64,000 nucleotides of DNA. Origin: Trichinella spiralis. Taxonomy: Eukaryota. Below the pieces are notes generated by a model. That model did no database searches and was not told where the DNA came from. It worked only from the letters and a program-made list of their open reading frames with translations. Positions 1-12,604 of the stretch are shown here, piece after piece. Position numbers and translations under genes: made by a program. The first letter of the stretch is position 1. Each line of letters starts with the position of its first letter. The stretch spans positions 535,492 through 599,491 of the forward strand of contig NW_003526945.1 in NCBI RefSeq assembly GCF_000181795.1, read 5' to 3'.

Positions 1-292
1 TTGTCCATCATAATGCAGCAGCGTTTATGCAAATGTGCGCTAAATGATGTATTTTCTCAACATAATTTCTTTCAAAGGGATAAAATTAAGAAAATTAACA
101 ATCTAGGAAAACGCAATCCGCATATGATTTGTAATTATAGTAGTTTTCAACATAAGGCATAAAAGGTAAGTTCAACAAAAGGGTCTTCAGGGGAAGTGCA
201 ATGTATTAATGAATTCTTTCTTCATATATGGAAAGAATATTGTAGAATTATTAATTACAGATACTATGAATTATTCTCAATTGATTATTTAA

Positions 293-1240
293 CCCTTTGA
301 TGGACTGTGGGCCATATGTGCGTTGTTGGATTGTTGGGGTGGGCCCCACCCCACTTTAGAAAAACACGTGTAAAAGGCTTGAAGTATGTTCAATTTTTAT
401 GAAATTTTTTTTATTGGATAGTGCGAAGAATTCTGTACATGATGTTATCAAGATGTTTCCAGTTTTAATAATTTTGAAGCCTTTTATTGGCAAAAAATGC
501 GACAAAATTTTCGTTAAAAAATCGTTATTTTTCACTTTTTTTCTTAGTGTGGACTTAGTTTTGTAAAATTCGTAAAAGAAATTACTGTCTTGAGTAGAGC
601 ACGCTATTCTGCACATTTTGATAACAAACTCAGTTCTATAGTCATTTTTTTGGTTCCGAAAAGACTTGGTTTATCTAAGCCCTTTCTATAGTTTTAACAT
701 AAACATATGGAAAAGTGTTGAGCAGGAAATCGATATTCCACATTTTTTTGATTTCATTTTCTATAATTTATTTATTTTTATGTATTTTGATTAAAATTTC
801 ATTATTTGAAATAAATTTCAAGTCTCTTCTAGCTGAAAAATTCAACAAAGTTGACGTAATAAATCTGTTGATCTCCCTTTATTTGGAAGTGTAAGGATTA
901 ATAGCACAATGCTCACAGTAGCTGCGTAGATGTTCATTGCAGTATGGAAGCAGAATGCAGCGGAAGATCTGTTAGCTAAAAAAACGACGATTATGGGAAC
1001 ATTACGGATAAATAAAACAGACCTGCCATCAGACAGAAGTGCCAACAACGTATATTTTGAATTTACGATGTTCTGTAGACCGAACAAAAATTCCTGGAAC
1101 ATTGAAATTCTTTTCAAAATATGTGTTATTGTTTCAAAAGAGATGTCACAAAGCTTCAGACTACAAAAATGAAAATTGACAGAATGCGAGGAAAAGAAAA
1201 CCCCCTGGGGTGGGCTCTACCCCATCAATCCATCAAAGGG
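293..1240 (+). mobile_element. Non-autonomous piggyBac element (948 bp), copy 1
   Basis: TTAA at 289-292 and 1241-1244. 12-bp terminal inverted repeats CCCTTTGATGGA / TCCATCAAAGGG. Asymmetric sub-terminal inverted repeats (TGGATTGTTGGGGTGGGCCCCACCCCA on the left, near-complement abutting the right TIR). Internal remnant AEDLLAKKTTIMGTLRINKTDLP resembles the piggyBac transposase segment L..K.T.VGT.R.NK..LP. Confidence 0.9.
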
Positions 1241-1723
1241 TTAATAAGATATTTGGTAGAATTGCTTGTTTGTACACGTATCATTGATTGAGAAAAATAA
1301 TGCAATATTAGATGAAAAGTGCAATTCATTCTGTTTCTTTTAATATGTCCTTATTTCTAATCGTTTGCAATGAATAAATTGCGAAAATAAATTTTTTTTA
1401 ATTACGATTACTGTATTACAAAATGAATTACACGTTAAATGTTATTAAAAAACAAACATTTCCTGGAGGAATAAGTTGCAATTTTGCATGAATATTAATA
1501 AAACGGAATTCTATTCTTTATTATCAAAAATTCCGGTTTCTTTTCTTTTTNNNNNNNNNNNNNNNNNNNNNNNNNNNNNNNNNNNNNNNNNNNNNNNNNN
1601 NNNNNNNNNNNNNNNNNNNNGGGAAGGTGCAATGTAATAATGGATTTGTTCTTCATATATGGAAAGAATATGTAGAATTATTTAATTACAGATACTCTGA
1701 ATTATTCTCAATTGATTATTTAA

Positions 1724-2671
1724 CCCTTTGATGGACTGTGGGCCATATGTGCGTTGTTGGATTGTTGGGGTGGGCCCCACCCCACTTTAGAAAAACACGT
1801 GTAAAAAGCTTGAAGTATGTTCAATTTTTATGAAATTTTTTTTATTGGATAGTGCGAAGAATTCTGTACATGATGGTATCAAGGTGTTTCCAGTTTTAAT
1901 AATTTTGAAGCCTTTTATTGGCAAAAAATGCGACAAAATTTTCGTTAAAAAATCGTCATTTTTCACTTTTTTTCTTAGTGTGGACTTAGTTTTGTTAAAT
2001 TCGTAAAAGAAATTACTGTCTTGAGTAGAGCACGCTATTCTGCACATTTTGATAACAAACTCAGTTCTATAGTCATTTTTTTGGTTCCGATAAGACTTGG
2101 TTTATCTAAGCCCTTTCTATAGTTTTAACATAAACATATGGAAAAGTGTTGAGCAGGAAATCGATATTCCACATTTTTTTGATTTCATTTTCTATAATTT
2201 ATCTATTTTTATGTATTTTGATTAAAATTTCATTATTTGAAATAAATTTCAAGTCTCTTCTAGCTGAAAAATTCAACAAAGTTGACATAATAAATCTGTT
2301 GATCTCCCTTTATTTGGAAGTGTTAGGATTAATAGCACAATGCTCACAGTAGCTGCGTAGATGTTCATTGCAGTATGGAAGCAGAATGCAGCGGAAGATC
2401 TGTTAGCTAAAAAAACGACGATTGTGGGAACATTACGGATAAATAAAACAGACCTGCCATCAGACAGTAGTGCCAACAACGTATATTTTGAATTTACGAT
2501 GTTCTGTAGACCGAACAAAAATTCCTGGAACATTGAAATTCTTTTCAAAATATGTGTTATTGTTTCAAAAGAGATGTCACAAAGCTTCAGACTACAAAAA
2601 TGAAAATTGACAGAATGCGAGGAAAAGAAAACCCCCTGGGGTGGGCTCTACCCCAACAATCCATCAAAGGG
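1724..2671 (+). mobile_element. Non-autonomous piggyBac element (948 bp), copy 2
   Basis: Near-identical to 293-1240, with TTAA at 1720-1723 and 2672-2675. The flanking DNA on both sides is also shared with copy 1. Confidence 0.9.
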
Positions 2672-2984
2672 TTAATAAGATATTTGGTAGAATTGCTTGT
2701 TTGTACACGTATCATTGATTGAGAAAAATAATGCAATATTAGATGAAAAGTGTAATTCATTCTGTTTCTTTTAATAAGTCCTTATTCCTATTTCGTTTGC
2801 AATGAATATATCTCAGTAATTAAATTTAGAAAAAATTAATGATTGCTGTGTTGTAAAAAAGAATTTCAGGTATAAATGTTATTAGAATCAGTGACATTTC
2901 TTGGAGGAATTGGTTGCAGTTTTGCGTAAATATCAATGAATTTGTCTGGTATTTTTTATTATCAAGTTTTCAGGNNNNNNNNNN

Positions 2985-3051
2985 CCCTTTGATGGACTGT
3001 GGGCCATATGTGCGTTGTTGGATTGTTGGGGTGGGCCCCACCCCACTTTAG
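2985..3051 (+). mobile_element. Isolated piggyBac left end (TIR plus sub-terminal repeat)
   Basis: Identical to the first ~67 bp of copies 1 and 2, then diverges into copia RT sequence. It starts directly after an N gap. Confidence 0.8.
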
Positions 3052-3687
3052 GGCTACACCTGGACAAGGCTCGAAGTAAGTGCGTATCTTCTAACCATTT
3101 TTTCATCGGAATTTGCGAATAACTGGGAACGCGAGACTTGGTTCATGTTTCGAGCTTAGATAGTTTGAAGCATTGGTGTTGCCAAAATGTTTGCTTCTTG
3201 CATACAACAAATTTCTATTTTTTGCTTTATTTTATTTTGTGGATGTATCACAAAAGTGCCATCTAATTTTCTTTCTGTTTGGATGCCTAAGTAATATGAA
3301 ACTTCCCCAAGGTCTTTGACTTCTATGTACTTGTTCTTTTGCTTGTTGACAGTTATGGCAACATCTTCGTTCTCTGCATCGATTAACAAATCATCGACGT
3401 AAAACAGTACATACGTCATACTACAGGATGGCTCCTTTCTTGTATACAAGCATAAATCTGCCTTTGCTTGACGGAAACCGACAGTAGTAAGTATCTCTCT
3501 GGCCTTCGTATTCCACGCTCTCGCTGATTGCTTAAGACCATATGTGCTGCGTTTCAACTGATCATACCATATCCTTGTTTGTGTCTTCAAACCCGGGTTG
3601 CTGTTATATATACAGCTTTTCTGGAAGTTCTGCGTTCAGATCAGCACACTTAACATCAAAATGTCGGACGTGCAGCGATTATCACAG
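3052..3687 (-). pseudogene. Decayed Ty1/copia reverse transcriptase fragment
   Basis: ORF 3156-3590 has KRSTYGLKQSARAWN, KADLCLY, YVLFYVDDLLI and KDLGEVSYYLGIQ (copia RVT_2 motifs). Upstream in another frame, HFDVKCADLNAELPEKLYI*QQPGFE corresponds to DVKTAFLNG...IYMEQPEGF, with a stop and a frameshift. Confidence 0.9.
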
Positions 3688-4779
3688 NNNNNNNNNNATA
3701 ATGTGTAAACTCAGATAGTAAACCTTATTTACTTATGCAATGTATTTAAACAGGTTCTCTATTCATTTTCCATTATTGGTCTCATGTATAGCACTTATGT
3801 GAATCTTTAACTTTCTCCACTTGTTTGTACGGTGATACTTAATCCATGCTTCTCATAAACTCCGATTCATTGTGAAATAATTTTATGATTAGTGCTAGCA
3901 GTTTTGTGCCAATTAAAGGTATGTAAATTTTTAATAACCCGCAATTAATGATTTGTTGAGAAATTTGATAAAGTTGCCTGTTTGAGCATTTGAAATTTAT
4001 AGAATAAAAAGACTGACATATTGCACGAAAATAGCTTTCTGATGTGATAATTTTGGGTAGGTCGTATCTCTGAATTGTAATAAATCAAAAATATTCAGTG
4101 AACAAAGAATTTTAATTTGGAAACTTCCTGTTGCTTTAATGAAAATCAGGAACAATTCCTATTAAAATAAATTCCTTTTTTGGGGTAAAAACGTTCATAA
4201 CTTCGTGGTAAAAATTAATGCGATATGCACATTTATTTAACTTTTATTTTTCAATCCGTTTTATTTCGATTTCATAAAAATTCTAATTGAACTTTTGCTT
4301 TTTTGTTATATTTCAACACATACGCAAAGTTTGGGCTATTTTTGATTGTTATAGTTTCATGTTGATCAAAGAAAGTGTTGTTGAAGAAATGGGCTCTAAA
4401 TTTGCCTGCTGCCTATTTAAATACTTTGGATATTCCTAAATCAGTAACTCACTTTCAACGGAAGTAAACACTTCCAATTTCTGTACATGAAATTTTTCTG
4501 GCATCAGACCCTTTACAATTCTCCTCATTTATCGTTTTTTTACGATGAATTAAATTGAATTTTTGAAATTATGGCTGGTAAATAATCATTCATTGCTGTC
4601 TCAAAACGTATGCGTATTTCTCATATATTTTGTAGAAATTTCAACTTTTTGTGAGTGGTAATTGTTGACATTAATAAATGACACACTCATGGATATTTTC
4701 AACGCACTCTGCCCACTAATTTTGATTTAAATTGCCTCTGAGGTTAGCGCATTGCGCTTATCTTTACATGTAGTTTAGT

Positions 4780-4935
4780 TGCTGAAACTCTGTAACTCCC
4801 TCAATCGCCTCCTGCGGCGCAGAACGAAGATTTACTGCAGTGAAATGTCTAAATAACTATTTCCTGACTGCCGGACCATGACAGAAGAAGGTTTGAACAG
4901 ACTTGCAATAATGATTACGTTCATTCTGACTTTGT
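4780..4935 (+). mobile_element. hAT transposase C-terminal dimerisation-domain remnant
   Basis: Frameshifted translation VTPSIASCGAERRFTAVKCLNNYF / TMTEEGLNRLAIM matches the hAT motif P.TSC.AERSFS.LK.LK.YLRSTM.EERLN.LA.M. Confidence 0.7.
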
Positions 4936-7177
4936 CATTGATTTTGGGCTGACAATAGAAATGTTCAGTTTCAAATAAAACTGAAACGTATCATTCGTTT
5001 GAAATGCAATTAAAATTATTAATTTCAAAGTTATTATATCACGTGATTGATATTCCAGTTTTGTTTAAATTTAAAAACGGCACTATTTTGTGGCGTTCTC
5101 AGCATCAGTAAATACTACTGTTCATGCAACTTGAAACACATTCAGATGTTTATGACAGTGCCATTTACGTAAGGATCAGGAAATCAATGAAAGCAGCTAC
5201 GAGCAACAATCCTGAGCATTTAAAAAATATCGAGTGACTGATGGGTATACGGAAGAGATAGNNNNNNNNNNGAAAAGGATTTTCCGACATTATAATGAAA
5301 GTATGCTTGCAACTGCCCATCACTGTGCAATATTTCTGTTTTTGAGCAAGTCGATTTTCCTTCATTTTTAGTCCAGTTCTTGAGAATTGCAAAATTTCAT
5401 GTTTTATAGACTTGGTTGCTTTTGCGAAAATCGGCGAAAAATTTGTTTTAATAATTTGGACTATTTGTGATTGCGATAGTTTTCTGTTGATGCATGAAAG
5501 AATTTTCTAAAGTTTCAACCGCACCTAACCAATAGTTGTAGAATACATGTGCTCTGAATTTGTCTACTGTCTATGTTATTACATGGGTCATTTGCCGATT
5601 TGTGATTCTCTTTCAACGGAAAAAGAGACTTCCAGTTTCTGTACATGAAACATTTCTGCTATCTACTTTTTTCCAATTCTACTAATTTATCCTTTTTTTA
5701 CTATTAATGAAGTTGTATTTCTGAAATTATTACTGTTAAATTATTATTAATTGCTGCGAATCAAAACGTGTGTGCTGTAAGTGTTTACTTTGCTGAAAGC
5801 AAACATTTCATGGAATACGGTCCCCTTTATAATCTTTTTCATCTATTGGTCTTCTGATTAATGCGAAGTGTGTGGCTATTTGAATTTACTTTTGCTAAGT
5901 AGCAACGATGCAATGGTGATTTACATAATCAGTATAATGTGTAGTCGCTGAGAGTAAACCTTCATTACAAATGCTATGTAATTAAATAAATTCACAATTC
6001 ATTTTCAATTATTGGTCTCATGGATAGCACTTATTTGAATCTTTAGTGGTATCCACTTGTTTGTACGGTGATACTTAATCCATGCTTCTCATAAACTCCG
6101 ATTCATTGTGAAATAATTTTATGATTAGTGCTAGCAGTTTTGTGCCAATTAAAGGTATGTAAATTTTTAATAACCCGCAATTAATGATTTGTTGAGAAAT
6201 TTGATAAAGTTGCCTGTTTGAGCATTTGAAATTTATAGAATAAAAAGACTGACATATTGCACGAAAATAGCTTTCTGATGTGATAATTTTGGGTAGGTCG
6301 TATCTCTGAATTGTAATAAATCAAAAATATTCAGTGAACAAAGAATTTTAATTTGGAAACTTCCTGTTGCTTTAATGAAAATCAGGAACAATTCCTATTA
6401 AAATAAATTCCTTTTTTGGGGTAAAAACGTTCATAACTTCGTGGTAAAAATTAATGCGATATGCACATTTATTTAACTTTTATTTTTTATTCCGTTTTAT
6501 TTCGATTTCATAAAAATTCTAATAGAACTTTTACTTTTTTGTTATATTTCAACACATACGCAAACAGTTACGGTACGAGTAAGTTTATTATAGTTAGCGA
6601 ATAATTCTCTACTAATATAAATCGTCTTAATTTTTGGCGAAAAACATTTTTCTTGAAAGTTCCATAATTTCATGGGCTATAGACTTGGTTGTTTTAGCGA
6701 AAATCTGTGAAAATTCTGTTTTGCAAGTTTGGACTATTTTTGATTGTTGTAGAGTCATGTTGATCAAAGAAAGTTTTGTTGAAGAAATGGGCTCTAAATT
6801 TGCCTACTGCCTATTTAAATACTTTGGATATTCCTAAATCAGTAACTCTTTTTCAACGGAAGTAAACATTTCCAATTTCTGCACATGAAATTTTTCTTGC
6901 AACGAACCCTTTACAATTCTCCTCATTTATCGTTTTTTTACGATGAATTAAATTGAATTTTTGAAATTATGTCTGGTAAATAATCATTCATTGCTGTCTC
7001 AAAACGTATGCGTATTTCTCATATATTTTGTAGAAATTTCAACTTTTTGTGAGTGGTAATTGTTGACATTAATAAATGACACACTCATGGATATTTTCAA
7101 CGCACTCTGCCCACTAATTTTGATTTAAATTGCCTCTGAGGTTAGCGCATTGCGCTTATCTTTACATGTAGTTTAGT

Positions 7178-7333
7178 TGCTGAAACTCTGTAACTCCCTC
7201 AATCGCCTCCTGCGGCGCAGAACGAAGATTTACTGCAGTGAAATGTCTAAATAACTATTTCCTGACTGCCGGACCATGACAGAAGAAGGTTTGAACAGAC
7301 TTGCAATAATGATTACGTTCATTCTGACTTTGT
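7178..7333 (+). mobile_element. hAT dimerisation-domain remnant, duplicate copy
   Basis: Identical sequence to 4780-4935 within the local duplication. Confidence 0.7.
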
Positions 7334-9956
7334 CATTGATTTTGGGCTGACAATAGAAATGTTCAGTTTCAAATAAAACTGAAACGTATCATTCGTTTGA
7401 AATGCAATTAAAATTATTAATTTCAAAGTTATTATATCACGTGATTGATATTCCAGTTTTGTTTAAATTTAAAAACGGCACTATTTTGTGGCGTTCTCAG
7501 CATCAGTAAATACTACTGTTCATGCAACTTGAAACACATTCAGATGTTTATGACAGTGCCATTTACGTAAGGATCAGGAAATCAATGAAAGCAGCTACGA
7601 GCAACAATTCCTGAAGCAATTTTATAAAATATCGAGTGACCGAGGGTATAAGGGAGGAGATAGTAAAAGTGGTGGGTTGCTGACAATGTTGGGAGCTGAA
7701 ATGGAGGTTCGAGGACAGGAAGGTGGAGAAGGGGTTCTCAGTATCAGTGCGCGAATTATATATAAATCAGACAGGCAGTCTGGACAAATAAAACGCGTCA
7801 TAGCGACAGCCATTAGGACGTGGGATACAGAAATTTGCGTATGATAAAGTAGGCAGAGTTTTTGGAAAAATAGGTGCAAGATAGCGAAGCCGTGGAAAGA
7901 AAGTGCATTTATGGCGACTACTGAAAAGTTGTATCTGTTAATCAGGTTGACCTTTTTGTTGAGCTAACGCGGGAATGTGCAGCTTGGCTGAAAATCATCA
8001 GCCGTCTCGTTGTGCGGAAACAAGCATAAAAAGCAAAAATCACAAACGACATTAAAATATATCTGGAATTCAAACATGAATGACAAAGTAATAAATGAAA
8101 AGTATATGAAAATCTGTAGGGGTTAACCTAACTGATGATAGCCTGTTTGGCTGCACTACAGCTTCAAAGTTGTCAGTGAAATACATACACAATTCATTTT
8201 ACATTAATATCGTAATTTCAACTCCAATGAAGAAAAGTAAAATATTCTTTAAATACTAAGTTGAATTATTCTTCAAAAATAAAACCACAGAAAGATAATT
8301 GAAAGTACAGTAATATACATCATGAAAATTGCCAAATTACTGATAATAAGGTTAACAAGTAATACACAAACGAGAGAAAAGCAAACATTGTATCCATAGT
8401 TATTATTTCATTTCAATAATGTTCAATTAATGGTGGCGGTGTGTAACCAAGGTGCAAGTGCAAGAATCTGGATTCAGGTAAACTTTTAATATTGAACCAT
8501 ATGTTCCAGATGTTTTGCTATGAATTTATGTATATTTAGGTCTATCAGCATTTTTCAATTTGAAGATTCGTAAAGCTTAAAATACTTTTGAAACTGAATT
8601 CTCAATTACATACAGTTGAAAGTTAACGTTTTTGAAAAAATCCATACTTCAATTAGCTATTTTCAATGATCGCCCAGATTTAACTCTAGAAGGCAATACA
8701 TTATTCAATTTGCACATGCTTATAGCATTCAATTTCATACTCTGCTGTACAGATAGAATATCAGAAAGAGCATAGTGCTATCTATTATGCAACACAGAAA
8801 AATACGGTTTTTATACAGAAATTATTTCATTTTATTATCACTTTATATTGTTTTCTAAATTTTGCATCATGAAGACATTAGATAAATCAACATTTTTATC
8901 TAGCTACTTTTGCGTGTCAGAGGGCGCAACCAGTGTACTCGAGCATAGTTTATTTTTTGTTGACATTATGTTCTAATTCATACTGGAATAGCATATTCAA
9001 CTTACGTAAGCCAGCGTTTACCGCTATGTGCGCAGTGTCTGTCTTTTATGCAAATTGGGCGGTTTGAAAATTAACTTCATATTAGCAGTACGTCAGTTAA
9101 ATTGACTTTGTTGACCAACAGAATCCTAGAATGATATTTGCTCGATCTATTTCTCCTTTAAATACTGAGTAAGGTGTGTTATTAGATATAGAGGAATCTT
9201 ATCTATTCAAACAAAGGCATGGTGCAGTTTCAAGTTGAATTTGCATTTCAATTTGTTTGCTTTTGAGCTTATGCGTGGCCTGCATAATATTTGTTCAAGG
9301 AAATGAGAAATACGTTTCGTACTTGCTAATCAATAGAAATGAACTTTATGTAAATTTTCCTGAGGCGACTATTAGTTGCTCTAGAAACTCATTTCAAATG
9401 ATTGTAGGCGAACGATGTGCGGCGAATGAACAATGGCGTTTTCAATGCGATGATGGACGATGATGAACAATAAAAACGGCTTTGTTTTTTATTTATTATA
9501 ACATTATTTCATTGAATTAATTCTTCTACATTTAGATACAGAAGAATAGAAGATGAAAGTGGACATCCAGAAGACGAGGGTAAGTTTGGTAAGTATAATT
9601 CTTTGAGTTAGGCTAATTACTTAAAGTTCACTGAGGAGTTCTTGAGTCTGTAATTTATATAAATTCGAGCTGTAAGTTATTGAGCATTTAATTCAGATGT
9701 TTGTTAATTAGAGTAATTGGACATAGATCATGAGTATTATTTTAATAAATTTGAGTGGCTTTCCGCATTTGAACATTTTCATGTCCCATGCCTTTCGAGT
9801 TGAGTTTAGGGTTCATTTGCGGAAAGTGAAATGGTTGAATAATTTGTCGATCATTTCAAAGGACAATTTTTGAGCTTAGTGAGTTTGTAGCACTGCTATA
9901 GTTTGAGTATTAGAATAAGTAAATGTTTGAGAATAGCAGTGCAAGGATAGGAGGAA

Positions 9957-10230
9957 TGTGAGATAGGGTGGTGTGCAGGAGTTCGACGGGTTACACTGCA
10001 CGACGCGACCCTAACCGTATCAAATGATCAAAGTCCATATTTTCAAAGCTCACCTCTTCCTCTCCCGGTTGCGGTACCAGAGGCCTGCCGCCTTGTTCGG
10101 ATCCCAGCAATGGGATCTCAAGCAAGGTTTTTTTTCAGCCCGACCGCCCCCGCGCCGCCCCCCGCCCTCCTGCCCGTTAACGGGGACTTCCCTCGGCGGA
10201 GTCTCCTAGTCCCGTGCTGTCCAGAGACCG
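9957..10230 (+). other. GC-rich structured island (possible LTR start or structured RNA)
   Basis: Sharp GC rise. Starts TGT directly after a purine tract (AAGGATAGGAGGAA, 9943-9956). Contains several hairpins, including GGATCCCA-GCAA-TGGGATCT followed by a T8 run. Confidence 0.35.
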
Positions 10231-10437
10231 GTTTTAAAGAGATGACCCTGTCCATTTGTGTGGTAATGGACGTTGTTTGAAATCTTGTGCAATGGGATTT
10301 CAACACCTATGTGAATTCGTAAGACGTATCTGTCCTAGAGGCAGTTATGCAAATTCGCAATTGACGTAGTGCTGAGACTCTGTTTCAGTGCCAATCTAGT
10401 GGTGATCGTTACTCCCCCAAGAGGAACGGTAAGCGTC

Positions 10438-12604
10438 GCTATGCGTTTGTGTTATTGTTACGCCGGCTCTGACACTTGGCCAATGATTGACATCAGATTT
10501 GCCGTCACACCTTTAACTAGTTCATTTGGCGTTGCACCTTTCATCAGTTTAGGCATCAAACATTTGAAATTAATCTTCTTCGAGAGTTTCCCCTTATAAT
10601 CATGCTAAATAGTTTAAATTTGTTAACATTTTATACATTAATTTATCCATTTAGGAACTTAAATGATAAAAGAAATATAATGTTCATTCATTTAATAATT
10701 GGGCAAATTCAGTTTTTGTTTACATTACACTGTTTTAAAGTAGAAAAGTTTATCAGTTTTTCATTTACATTTCATCTTATAAAAGGTTTTAATTATTCAT
10801 TAATTTTATAGTGGTAATAATATATTTTTAGTATAAAGCAGTTTTTCACTTTAAAGAATGTAATGTCAAAGTAGATTTCTACGTTAAAACAGTGTAATGT
10901 AAACAGTTAAAAGGGATGTAATATGGTAAACATTAAATAGGCATAATTTTATTTATTAATTATTTGTGAATTAGCTATTGTTCGAATATAAGTTTTTTAC
11001 TTATGAAAATGTTAATCGGGGTGTCTTTTAATTAGGCAGTGGCAAAAGTAAACTTAGTATAAATGAATTAAACAATTAGCTTAGACAAGGTGCAACGATT
11101 TTAATCTTTTTATAAATAGGAAGTAATCTTCTATAAATAGAATGTTATTAATCCGTAACATGTAGGAAAACTGTATTAAATATGAGATTAATTTTAATAT
11201 GCTAATTAGAAAGTTTAAAATGCAACGTAAATGCAACACTGAGTTTTTTAATTTTTAATTAAGTTAAATAACGTCACTCGTAACAACATATTTCAGCAGT
11301 GAGAGTTTTTTAATAAATGATTAACATACAATGTAAACGCAAAAGTGGGTCATAATTTTTTCTAATTAGATATAATAACGTCACTCGTAATTTCATATTT
11401 TAGCAGGGTTTTTTAATAGTTAATTAGAATATTTTAAATGGAAAGCAAAAAACAGCTACTTACAGTTGTCAGTTCTATTTGAAAAGATAAGTAGGCATAA
11501 TACATTAAATCAATAATGATGAGTTGTAAATCATACGGTAAGTATGCAAACATGAGTTGGTTCTGCAGGACAGTACATTAATATTNNNNNNNNNNGCTAT
11601 GCGTTTGTGTTATTGTTACGCCGGCTCTGACACTTGGCCAATGATTGACATCAGATTTGCCGTCACACCTTTAACTAGTTTATTTGGCGTTGCACCTTTC
11701 ATCAGTTTAGGCATCAAACATTTGAAATTAATCTTCATCGAGAGTTTTCCCTTATAATCATGCTAAATAGTTTAAATTTGTTAACATTTTATACATTAAT
11801 TTATCCATTTAGGAACTTAAATGATAAAAGAAATATAATGTTCATTCATCTAATAATTGGGCAAATTCAGTTTTTGTTTACATTACACTGTTTTAAAGTA
11901 GAAAAGTTTATCAGTTTTTCATTTACATTTCATCTTATAAAAGGTTTTAATTATTCATTAATTTTATAGTGCTAATTATATATTTTTAGTATAAAGCAGT
12001 TTTTCACTTTAAAGAATGTAATGTCAAAGTAGATTTCTGCGTTAAAACAGTGTAATGTAAACAGTTAAAAGGGATGTAATATGGTAAACATTAAATAGGC
12101 ATAATTTTATTTATTAATTATTTGTGAATTAGCTATTGTTCGAATATAAGTTTTTTACTTATGAAAATGTTAATCGGGGTGTCTTTTAATTAGGCAGTGG
12201 CAAAAGTAAACTTAGTATAAATGAATTAAACAATTAGCTTAGACAAGGTGCAACGATTTTAATCTTTTTATAAATAGGAAGTAATCTTCTATAAATAGAA
12301 TGTTATTAATCCGTAACATGTAGGAAAACTGTATTAAATATGAGATTAATTTTAATATGCTAATTAGAAAGTTTAAAATGCAAAGTAAATGCAACACTGA
12401 GTTTTTTAATTTGTAATTAAGCTAAATAAAGTCACTCGTAACAACATATTTCAGCAGTGAGAGTTTCAATAAAATGATTAACATACAATGTAAACGCAAA
12501 AGTGCGTCATAATTTTTTATAAATAGATATAATACCGTCAATTGTAGATCCATACTTTAACAGGGTTATTAAATAGACAATTGGAATATGGAATCCACCA
12601 CAGG
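10438..12604. repeat. ~1-kb direct duplication across an N gap (10438-~11440 vs 11596-12604)
   Basis: Near-identical sequence at an offset of 1158 bp, degrading toward the gap. It includes a ~107-bp internal tandem unit (AATAACGTCACTCGTAA at ~11267 and ~11374). Confidence 0.85.
10717..10905. repeat. MITE-like inverted repeat (30-bp arms, 1 mismatch, ~130-bp spacer); second copy at ~11875-12063
   Basis: TGTTTACATTACACTGTTTTAAAGTAGAAA (10717-10746) vs TTTCTACGTTAAAACAGTGTAATGTAAACA (10876-10905). No clear TSD. Confidence 0.6.

Larger units (their letters stand above)
3762..7660. repeat. Local direct duplication (~3762-5260 vs ~6000-7660) with a more diverged partial third copy at ~5400-5760
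   Basis: Long near-identical stretches (e.g. 3820-4326 vs 6053-6562; 4530-5200 vs 6928-7598). The first copy lacks ~160 bp that is present at ~6564-6722. Confidence 0.85.

Noticed and set aside
356..1117. Short minus-strand ORFs inside the piggyBac elements
   Set aside because: No homology; the only transposase-like remnant is on the + strand.
8132..8160. CTGATGA followed by a short stem (hammerhead-like)
   Set aside because: No GAAA core after stem II and no stems I/III.
10008..10016. ACCCTAACC, a 1.5-repeat TTAGGG telomerase-template-like 9-mer inside the structured island
   Set aside because: A 9-mer like this is expected about once by chance in this window. It lies in a paired stem, and no pseudoknot or H/ACA domain could be identified.
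10091..10135. Bacterial rho-independent terminator or contamination
   Set aside because: No upstream bacterial-type ORF, and the context is eukaryotic repeat DNA; kept only as part of the structured-island finding.
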